NCBI GenBank assembly: GCA_037445065.1
Contig: JBBILD010000028.1
Span: 1-44,430 of the forward strand
Direction of reading: 5' to 3'
Source: Myxococcales bacterium
GTDB taxonomy: Bacteria; Desulfobacterota; Binatia; HRBIN30
Length of the DNA: 44,430 nucleotides
Numbering within the stretch: the stretch's first letter is position 1; each line of letters starts with the position of its first letter. The notes beneath the pieces were generated by a model, which searched no databases, was not told the DNA's origin, and worked only from the letters and a program-made list of their open reading frames with translations. Position numbers and translations under genes: made by a program. Shown here piece by piece: positions 29,143 through 36,816 of the stretch.

Positions 29143-29907
29143 TCAGGTTTGTGGGCGCCTCCCCTGCCCCTCACAAATCGCCAGGTAGCGGCGGACGGTT
29201 TCTGCCATTCCGAATTCAAGTGCGTCCGCAATCAAGGCATGCCCAATCGAAACCTCCGCAACCCAGGGAACCTCGGCTAGAAACCGTCCCAAGTTCTGTA
29301 GGTTCAAATCGTGCCCGGCATTGACGCCGAGACCACTTTCGCGAGCTGCAAGCGCCGCTTCCCGGTACGCTGGCAGAACTGCCTCGGCTTCTCCTCTGGC
29401 AAAGGCGCGGGCGTACGGCTCGGTGTAGAGTTCGACGCGGTCTGCCCCGAGCTTTCGTGCCTCGCGCGCCACTTCTGCGACCGCATCAATGAACAGGCTG
29501 ACGCGACAGCCAGCTTCTTTGAGCCGCTGGATCGCACGGTGTAGCTGTTCGCGTTCTTCGCGTGGCATGGCCAAGAGCGGCCAGCCGTGGTCACTGGTCG
29601 CCGCGTTGGCCGCATCGGGCACCAGAGTGGCCTGATGGGGCTGCACACGGAGGCAATGGTCCAGCAAACCGTGGAAGGGGTTGCCCTCGATGTTCAGCTC
29701 CCGGCCCGGAAACTCCCGTAGCAACGAGGCGATCTCGTCTACGTCGCCGCGACGGATATGCCGCTCGTCGGGGCGTGGATGGACGGTGATTCCCGCCGCT
29801 CCTGCCTGCAACGCAATGCGGGCCAAATGAGCCACGTTCGGGATTCCGACCGGGCGCGTATTGCGCAAGGTGGCTACTTTATTGACGTTCACGGACAACT
29901 TGGTCAT
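29143..29907 (-). CDS. pdxJ: Pyridoxine 5'-phosphate synthase
   Basis: LSVNVNKVATLRN, ITVHPRPDERHI, VELYT, NAGHDL, EVSIGHAL. Confidence 0.96.
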   Translation of the reverse strand: MTKLSVNVNKVATLRNTRPVGIPNVAHLARIALQAGAAGITVHPRPDERHIRRGDVDEIASLLREFPGRELNIEGNPFHGLLDHCLRVQPHQATLVPDAANAATSDHGWPLLAMPREEREQLHRAIQRLKEAGCRVSLFIDAVAEVAREARKLGADRVELYTEPYARAFARGEAEAVLPAYREAALAARESGLGVNAGHDLNLQNLGRFLAEVPWVAEVSIGHALIADALEFGMAETVRRYLAICEGQGRRPQT

Positions 29908-29978
29908 TGTTTCCCTCGCAGCCAAACGGGCAAGGCGAGCACAACAACCCTAGCGCCGCTCATTCTAAGCTGCAGCGC

Positions 29979-31583
29979 TCACTCTCGAGTCGCCCGTTTG
30001 CGCTCGCGGCTGCATTCTGCCTCGCGCCGCTCCAGTTCCACATTGCTGTAATCCACGAACCGCATCGCTTCGGCGAGTGCATGGTGCCCCGCTTGTTCGG
30101 CGATCAAGCGATGCATTTCTTGACACACCCGGCGATACGACGGATGTCCTTGCGGCGAGGTGCGCAGCTCGAGCACGTGCATGGCCTCGCGCGCATTCAT
30201 GTGCAGATAAAAGCGCACGCGGTAGGCAAAGCACAGTGCATACGGCGCTACGGCCTCGAGACCAGCCCGTTCGATTTGGTCGAACAAATCCGCCGAGCGT
30301 TCCATGGCCTGCCGCCACTCCCCTTCCAGCCCCGCGGCGCTCGCTTCTTCGGGCACCTCGTACCCGTGCCGAGGGCTGAGCGGCTGCCATTCGATGGTCA
30401 GTAAACGATGGCGCTGCAAATCGCGGAACGCGCCGTAATCGGCCAGAATGTCGAAGCGGTACGACGTCCGCTCGAAGGCGCGACCCGGTTTGTGCCGCCG
30501 GTTGGTGCGCTCGCCCACGTACGCACGCAAAACCGCCAGCCGTTCGCTGGCGGGCATGCGCCGCACACGCTCCAGCAACTGATCATCGGGAAGATGGCTG
30601 TGAGGATAGAGCGCCGCGGCCACCACCTTGGTCTCGCCTTCCGGGTCGAACTCAGTCAAGGTCACTGCAGAGCGCGGCTCCGCCTCCTCCCGTGCAAGCA
30701 AGCCCGCCGCGAGCGCCGCCGTGGCTTCCCGGGTCTCGCGCAAATACTGGCTCCAGAGCCCGCCTCGATCGGGGCGATCCACGCGGCGCAAGAACGATGG
30801 GATCACTTTGCGCAGCTCAGTAAGCATCCAATCCGCGTACTGCCTAGCCTCGGCAAGCGGGTGCGCGCGCATGCGCAGCAGCAAGGCCTCGAACGCCTGG
30901 CCACTCCCGAACAGCCCGACATTGGACTGAGTAGCGCCGGGGAGCAAGCCGCGCAAAATGTCCAAGGCTTTGGCCCGAATCGTCCGCCGGTACGCAGCTT
31001 CTGGCTCCTCAGCGCCGCGAGGGAAGCGAGCCACCAGATGGGCCTCGAGCTTCGGCAACCACTGCGCGTAGGTTTCGAACAAGAAATCGAGTGTACGCTC
31101 GTACGTGATTCGCAAAGGGTGCGCGGACAATTCCGGCGGGATTGTGTACGGCCAGCGGCCTCCCACCCGACGGTCGTACGGTACGTACCGGGTGGACTGT
31201 TCGAGGTACGCCATGAGGCGGCCCCACTCGAGCACTTTGGTCAAGATGTTGGACACGCCTTCGCAGGCCAGGTGGGCGCCCCCGAGCTGTGCCACCGAGT
31301 CGTCGCCGTAGTCGTCGAAAACCCGCTCGTACAAACGCTCGGCACGCTCGACTCCCACCGGCACCGCAGGCACTCCGGGCGCACCGAGCTGGTCCAAAAA
31401 CTCGTCAAGGAACAGGCGACGCAGGGACTTGGCGGAGCGTGAGTAGCGGGCAAACAAGGCGCCCTTCACCACCTCCGGCAGATTCTGGAGGGCGAAGACG
31501 GGGCGATCGAGATTCGTGAAGTAGGGGGTGAGGAGGCCCCGCTCGGCCGGAGACAACGACTCGCGATCGCCTGGCTCTGTCAT
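29979..31583 (-). CDS. thyX: FAD-dependent thymidylate synthase, tandem two-domain ThyX type
   Basis: LFARYSRS, YGDDSVAQL, YLEQSTRY, LDILRGLLP; second half DYGAFRDLQRHR, NAREAMHVLELR, QGHPSYR. Confidence 0.85.
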   Translation of the reverse strand: MTEPGDRESLSPAERGLLTPYFTNLDRPVFALQNLPEVVKGALFARYSRSAKSLRRLFLDEFLDQLGAPGVPAVPVGVERAERLYERVFDDYGDDSVAQLGGAHLACEGVSNILTKVLEWGRLMAYLEQSTRYVPYDRRVGGRWPYTIPPELSAHPLRITYERTLDFLFETYAQWLPKLEAHLVARFPRGAEEPEAAYRRTIRAKALDILRGLLPGATQSNVGLFGSGQAFEALLLRMRAHPLAEARQYADWMLTELRKVIPSFLRRVDRPDRGGLWSQYLRETREATAALAAGLLAREEAEPRSAVTLTEFDPEGETKVVAAALYPHSHLPDDQLLERVRRMPASERLAVLRAYVGERTNRRHKPGRAFERTSYRFDILADYGAFRDLQRHRLLTIEWQPLSPRHGYEVPEEASAAGLEGEWRQAMERSADLFDQIERAGLEAVAPYALCFAYRVRFYLHMNAREAMHVLELRTSPQGHPSYRRVCQEMHRLIAEQAGHHALAEAMRFVDYSNVELERREAECSRERKRATRE

Positions 31584-31735
31584 GAGGAGGCGTTTTGTAC
31601 CGGCACCCCATGCGGCAATCAATCGCCGCCCAACCGCACCCAGTACCGAGGCTTCCCAACATCGCCCGCGGCACCGGACGACAGATTCCGGTTACCGCAT
31701 GTTTGACCTCTCTGGTCCCCCCACAAAGCTGGAGC

Positions 31736-33193
31736 TTACGTCCAGGCGATCGCTTGCACCTCGCAGTATTCCTGCAGGCCCCATCGCCCTCCCTCTCGCC
31801 CGATGCCACTCTCTTTGAAGCCACCAAACGGCGTGTGCAGAAGGTTCACGGCACCGTTGACATTCATTTGCCCGGTCCGAATCTGTTTCGCGACTTCGAT
31901 GGCTTTGGCACGATCCGCCGAATACACCGCGCCGCCCAAACCGTACGGGGAATCGTTGGCGATGCGGATGGCCTCTTCGACTTCGTCGTAAGGCAGCAGG
32001 CTCAGGACCGGCCCGAAGATCTCCTCACGCGCGATGCGCATGTCGTTTCTTACGTCACAAAAAATCGTCGGCTCCACAAAGTAACCGCGCTCGAGGTGGG
32101 TAGGTCGGCCGCCACCCAAGACCAAGCGAGCCCCTTCTTCGAGGCCGCTTGCGATGTACGACTCGATCTGGGCGCGGCGCTCGGCACGGATCACCGGACC
32201 CACAGTAACGGACGGATCGGCCGGATCGCCAACCCTCGCCATCGCCTGCAAGAAGCTCTGGAGTTTCTCCGCCAGCGCTTCCTGCTGCGAGCGTGGCACC
32301 AGCACGCGGGTACACATGGCGCAGCCCTGGCCGGCGTGAAAGAAAGCCGGCGTGGCCGCGTACATGAAATACGCATCGAGGTTCGCATCCGGTAAGAAGA
32401 TGGCAGCCGATTTCCCCCCCAGCTCGAGATGCACCCGCTTCAAGGTAGGAGCAGCGGTGGCCAGAATCTTTTTCCCCGTGGCGGCACTACCGGTATAGCT
32501 CACTTTGTCCACGAGGGGACTTTCGACCAGTGCGGCGCCCAGGGCCGGAGATTCCCCAGTGACGACATTGAAAACACCGGGCGGAAGGTCGCAGCGTTCC
32601 ACTTCCTCGGCAATCACGAGATCGATCAACGGCACGTACGGAGACGGCTTGATCACCATCGTGCAGCCGGCAGCAATTGCCGGCCCGATTTTCTGCACAG
32701 TGACGTAAAGCGGGAAATTCCAAGTGGGAATCAAACCGCACACGCCCACCGGCTGGTACACAGCCATGGCGTGGTTCAATTGCGGGCCAGCAGCCCCTAC
32801 GCTGACCACCGGCGGCAGCATTTCCTCGAAGGGGAAGCGCAGCGCCCAGTCCGCATAGCTAGCCAGTAAATCCAAGGCCGTATCCAACTGAATCGGGTGG
32901 GTGATGTACTCGGCGCCCGCGCACCGCACGAGCAATTCGCGCAACTCTTCTTTCCGGCGCATCAGCCCCGCATGAAGTTGCTCGATGATCCGAGCGCGGT
33001 CTCTCGGAGTCGTGCGTCGCCACGGTCCCGCATCGAAGGCGGTTCGCGCCGCGCGAATCGCATCGTGGATGTCCTCTACCGTCGCGTTCGGCGCCTCACC
33101 CATCGTTTCTTCGGTTGCCGGGTTGGGAATGGCGTACACGCCCCCCCGCGCTTCGCGCCAGCGCCCTGCTACAAAAATCTGACTTCGGGGCAT
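31736..33193 (-). CDS. Aldehyde dehydrogenase
   Basis: PTWNFP, YTGSAATG, LELGGKS, GQGC, EEIFGPV, PFGGFKESG; ATG 33193 after SD GGAGGG. Confidence 0.95.
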   Translation of the reverse strand: MPRSQIFVAGRWREARGGVYAIPNPATEETMGEAPNATVEDIHDAIRAARTAFDAGPWRRTTPRDRARIIEQLHAGLMRRKEELRELLVRCAGAEYITHPIQLDTALDLLASYADWALRFPFEEMLPPVVSVGAAGPQLNHAMAVYQPVGVCGLIPTWNFPLYVTVQKIGPAIAAGCTMVIKPSPYVPLIDLVIAEEVERCDLPPGVFNVVTGESPALGAALVESPLVDKVSYTGSAATGKKILATAAPTLKRVHLELGGKSAAIFLPDANLDAYFMYAATPAFFHAGQGCAMCTRVLVPRSQQEALAEKLQSFLQAMARVGDPADPSVTVGPVIRAERRAQIESYIASGLEEGARLVLGGGRPTHLERGYFVEPTIFCDVRNDMRIAREEIFGPVLSLLPYDEVEEAIRIANDSPYGLGGAVYSADRAKAIEVAKQIRTGQMNVNGAVNLLHTPFGGFKESGIGREGGRWGLQEYCEVQAIAWT

Positions 33194-33329
33194 CGCTCCC
33201 TCCTGACTCAGCCTGGGCCCCCCTCTCATGCCCCGTGATCTTCGCGACTGCAAGAGCGCGCCCGCTGGCACTGTCGGCGCAGGCGTCACGGTGCCGAGCA
33301 GTCCCGCACGCCCCGCGCGGGGGAACACA

Positions 33330-33359
33330 TTGACTCGAGCTTGACCTCGCGAGTAACGT
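33330..33359 (+). promoter_or_regulatory. Candidate sigma-70 promoter, near-leaderless acyl-CoA dehydrogenase mRNA
   Basis: TTGACT-N18-TAACGT, 9 nt before ATG 33369; no SD. Confidence 0.5.
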
Positions 33360-33368
33360 TCAGTGGCT

Positions 33369-34562
33369 ATGGACTTGCGGTTCCATCCTGAGCACGAAGC
33401 GTTTCGCAAGCGCGTCCGTGAGTGGCTGCGGCAGAACCTCCCACCCGGTTGGGGCACGGACAAGCACCCCACCTTTGCGAGCCCGGCAGAGGAGGTAGCC
33501 TTTTTGCGTGATTGGCAAGCGCGGCTGCACCGTGCTGGGCTGGCTGGCATCCTATGGCCCAAAAAGTACGGAGGCGCGGGGCTGAGCGTGGTGGAACAAA
33601 CCATTTTCAACGAAGAGGCGGCACGTGCCGAAGCACCGGAGCTGATCAACAAAGTCGGCGTGCATAACGTCGGGCCGACCTTGATCGAGTTCGGCACCGA
33701 GGAACAAAAACGCCGCTACTTGCCGAAAATCCTCTCCGCGGAGGAAATTTGGTGCCAACTTTTCAGTGAACCCGGGGCAGGCTCGGATCTGGCGAGCCTG
33801 CGCACGCGCGCGGAGCGAGAAGGGGACGGCTACCGCTTAACGGGGCAGAAGGTGTGGACCAGCTACGCAGACTTCTCGCGCTGGGCCATTTGCCTTGCCC
33901 GCACCGACCCCACACGCGGCAAATACGACGGCATTTCGTACTTCATCGTTGACATGCAGCAGTCGGGCATCACCGTACGCCCGCTGCGGCAAATGACCGG
34001 CGGCGCGGAGTTCAACGAAGTGTTCCTCGATCGCGTCTACGTTCCACGCGAGAATCTCATCGGCCGGGAGAACGAGGGTTGGAGAATCGCCATGCTCACC
34101 CTCGCTCACGAGCGAGGCACGGGGTATCTGTTCAAAGAGCAAGTGAAACACAAGATCGCCATCGAGCGCCTCCTCCGTCTCCTTCGGGAGAAGCGCCAGC
34201 GCGGAGAGTTCGTGCACCCTGCACTGCGGCAAGCCGCGATGGACGCATACATCCGGGTCGAGATCCTGCGCTTACACAACTACGACACGATGACGCGGCT
34301 TGCGCGGGGCCAGCAACCGGGGCCGGAAACGAGCCTCAAAAAGGAATTCTGGAACCGTCTCTCCCAGCACCTCTACGACACAGCCATGGCGAGCTTGGGG
34401 CCGTGGTCGCAGCTCATGGCCGGTGACCAGCGGGCCATTGACGAAGGGCGCTGGCAAAACGCTTTTCTTTATAGCCGATCGGTCACCATCTCCGGTGGCA
34501 CATCGGAAATTCAACTAAACATCGTGGCGCAACGGATGCTCGGCTTGCCGCGCGGGAGTTGA
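33369..34562 (+). CDS. Acyl-CoA dehydrogenase
   Basis: WCQLFSEPGAGSDLASL, GQKVWTS, FNEVF, GGTSEIQ. Confidence 0.95.
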   Translation: MDLRFHPEHEAFRKRVREWLRQNLPPGWGTDKHPTFASPAEEVAFLRDWQARLHRAGLAGILWPKKYGGAGLSVVEQTIFNEEAARAEAPELINKVGVHNVGPTLIEFGTEEQKRRYLPKILSAEEIWCQLFSEPGAGSDLASLRTRAEREGDGYRLTGQKVWTSYADFSRWAICLARTDPTRGKYDGISYFIVDMQQSGITVRPLRQMTGGAEFNEVFLDRVYVPRENLIGRENEGWRIAMLTLAHERGTGYLFKEQVKHKIAIERLLRLLREKRQRGEFVHPALRQAAMDAYIRVEILRLHNYDTMTRLARGQQPGPETSLKKEFWNRLSQHLYDTAMASLGPWSQLMAGDQRAIDEGRWQNAFLYSRSVTISGGTSEIQLNIVAQRMLGLPRGS

Positions 34563-34587
34563 GCCTTAGGGACCCAAGGCAGTCTGG

Positions 34588-34616
34588 TTGATCGAGGGCG
34601 GAGCTGGAAGTAAACG
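34588..34616 (+). promoter_or_regulatory. Candidate sigma-70 promoter, leaderless NUDIX mRNA
   Basis: TTGATC-N17-TAAACG-N6-ATG. Confidence 0.45.
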
Positions 34617-34622
34617 GCACGT

Positions 34623-35306
34623 ATGTCTGGTCCGAAAGCCCGCCCTGCCGCCACGGTCATTCTCCTGCGCGACTCGCCAGGCGGCTGCGAAGTGCTGATG
34701 GTGCGGCGCTCTTCGGTCCTCGACTTTCACGGGGGCGCATGGGTGTTTCCGGGAGGCCGCGTGGACGAGGAAGACTACCAGCGGGCGGGCAGCCAGGACG
34801 AACTCACCGCAGCCCGCTACGCCGCGGTCCGAGAAGCGAAAGAGGAAGCAGGGCTGGACATCGCCGCCGATGCGCTGGTGCCGTTGTCTCGCTGGGTCAC
34901 ACCGGTGAACGTGCCGAAACGCTTCGACACCTGGTTCTTCGCGGTTGCTGCTGACCCAGAGCAAGTGGTGCGGACGGACGGCGGTGAGATTTCCGCTCAC
35001 CGCTGGCTCAGCCCGCGCCTAGCTCTCGAGTTGCAGGGGCGCGGCGAACTGGAATTGCCAGCACCGACGTATGTAACCCTGCTCGAACTCAGCCGCTGGA
35101 CATCGGTGGCCGAACTCCTGCAAGCTATCGCCCGGCGCGAGCCGCCGCATTTCGAGCCGGAATTGCATTGGGTAGAGGGAGGAGCGTGCACCGTGTACCG
35201 CGGCGACGTCGCGTATGGCAACGGCGACCTCGACCAACCCGGGCCGCGGCATCGCTTGTGGATGTTGGCCAGCGGATGGCGCTATGAACGAAGCGGGGGT
35301 GCGTGA
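34623..35306 (+). CDS. NUDIX hydrolase (Nudt19-like, possible acyl-CoA diphosphatase)
   Basis: PAATVILLRD, VFPGGRVD, AVREAKEEAGL, WVTP...RFDTWFF. Confidence 0.9.
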   Translation: MSGPKARPAATVILLRDSPGGCEVLMVRRSSVLDFHGGAWVFPGGRVDEEDYQRAGSQDELTAARYAAVREAKEEAGLDIAADALVPLSRWVTPVNVPKRFDTWFFAVAADPEQVVRTDGGEISAHRWLSPRLALELQGRGELELPAPTYVTLLELSRWTSVAELLQAIARREPPHFEPELHWVEGGACTVYRGDVAYGNGDLDQPGPRHRLWMLASGWRYERSGGA

Positions 35307-36091
35307 TGACGCTACCACTCAACGTGCTTCGCATTCTCCTCGCCAGCTTGTGGACCGCGATTCTCGGCCTTCCCTTGTTGGCGGTCATCTACGCTCGCTA
35401 CGCGTACGGGCTTGTGCAGGGTGCCCTCGGTGCCCCACACAAACTGGACCGCATCATCGAAGGCAACGCCTATGTTGCCGGCTGGGTCGCCCAACGGTTG
35501 TGGACTGGTGTGCTGCTCGCCCTCGCGGGGATTCGGTTGCGGGTGCGTGAAATCGTGCCCATTGACTGGAAACGACCGCACGTCGTGTGCGCCAATCACG
35601 CGAGCATCTTCGACATCCTTGCGCTGGTTCGCGTCATCCCGCCTCCCTTCCGCTTCGTGGCCAAGAAGGAGTTGGTGAAGTGGCCCATCATTGGCTGGGC
35701 GCTGCGACCCGCAGGCCAGATCGTGATCGACCGAGCCAACCGCACAGCCGCCCTGCGCACAATTGCGGAAGCGGCAGTGCGCAAGATCCGTGGGCAGATC
35801 ATCTTCTTTGTGGAAGGGACGCGCAGCCGCACGGGCGAGCTGCTGCCGTTCAAGAAAGGGGCGTTTCACTTCGCCGTAGACCACAAGTTACCAGTGTTGC
35901 CCACCGCCATCTGCGGTAGCTACTCGGCCCTAGCGCGTCTGCCCTGGTGGCGGATGAACCCGGGGAAGACGATCGAGATTCGCTTCGGGCAGCCCATCGA
36001 AGTGTTGGCCCATGAACCCGCGACGATTCCCCAGTTGATGGAAGCGACCCGCGACACGATCGCTCGCGAGCTAGCGGCAAGTGGACTTTAA
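35303..36091 (+). CDS. Lysophospholipid / 1-acylglycerol-3-phosphate acyltransferase (PlsC family)
   Basis: NHASIFD, FVAKKEL, IDR, EGTRS, PFKKGAF. Confidence 0.92.
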   Translation: MMTLPLNVLRILLASLWTAILGLPLLAVIYARYAYGLVQGALGAPHKLDRIIEGNAYVAGWVAQRLWTGVLLALAGIRLRVREIVPIDWKRPHVVCANHASIFDILALVRVIPPPFRFVAKKELVKWPIIGWALRPAGQIVIDRANRTAALRTIAEAAVRKIRGQIIFFVEGTRSRTGELLPFKKGAFHFAVDHKLPVLPTAICGSYSALARLPWWRMNPGKTIEIRFGQPIEVLAHEPATIPQLMEATRDTIARELAASGL

Positions 36092-36132
36092 AGGCCGTTG
36101 TTCCTTTGCCCGGGCGTGCTAGGCATCGCGCC

Positions 36133-36399
36133 ATGCACGCGGACGAAATCGCACGGCTGATCCAACAGGGCCTGCCCGGAGCGTGGGTCCAGGTTCGCGA
36201 TGAAGTTGGCGACGGAAACCACTTCCGCGCAGTGGTGGTCGCACCCCAGTTCGAGGGAAAAACTCTGGTGGCAAGGCATCAGCTCGTTTACGCCGCTCTG
36301 GGCGACGCCATGCGCGAGCGGATCCACGCTTTATCGATCCGGGCACTGACCCCGGGCGAGGCCGAGCGCGACTCAGCTGCAGAAGAAGTCAGGGAATAG
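36133..36399 (+). CDS. BolA/IbaG family protein
   Basis: GDGNHF...FEGKTLVARHQLVY...IHALSI. Confidence 0.93.
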   Translation: MHADEIARLIQQGLPGAWVQVRDEVGDGNHFRAVVVAPQFEGKTLVARHQLVYAALGDAMRERIHALSIRALTPGEAERDSAAEEVRE

Positions 36400-36415
36400 A
36401 GCAACGGAGGGTACG

Positions 36416-36763
36416 ATGGCACGCAACGTTTTCGATGAAATTCGCGATGAGATCACTCGCAACAAGGTGATCATTTATATGAAGGGCACGCCCGACTTCC
36501 CCATGTGCGGTTTTTCTGCGGCCGCCGTCGAGTGCTTGCGCGAACACGGTTACCCATTTGCGCACGTCAATGTACTCGAAGATGCGGAGAAACGGGAAGC
36601 CATCAAAGAGTTCTCCAACTGGCCGACGATCCCACAAATTTACATCGGTGGCCAGTTTATCGGTGGTTGCGACATCGTGCGCGAGTTGCACGCCTCGGGT
36701 GAGCTCGCGAAGTTGCTGCGCGAGGCGTTCGCCGAAGCCCCAGCCACTCAGGCGTCCCGCTAG
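36416..36763 (+). CDS. grxD: Monothiol glutaredoxin (Grx4 type)
   Basis: MKGTPDFPMCGFS, WPTIPQ, GGCDI. Confidence 0.96.
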   Translation: MARNVFDEIRDEITRNKVIIYMKGTPDFPMCGFSAAAVECLREHGYPFAHVNVLEDAEKREAIKEFSNWPTIPQIYIGGQFIGGCDIVRELHASGELAKLLREAFAEAPATQASR

Positions 36764-36816
36764 GGTCCCCGATCGCGCTTGCAATTTCCCGGCGCGCGTT
36801 TCATCGTGCGCGCACC

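Noticed and set aside
36133..36763. bolA-grxD pair as a novel system
   Set aside because: This is a well-known conserved Fe-S trafficking gene pair.
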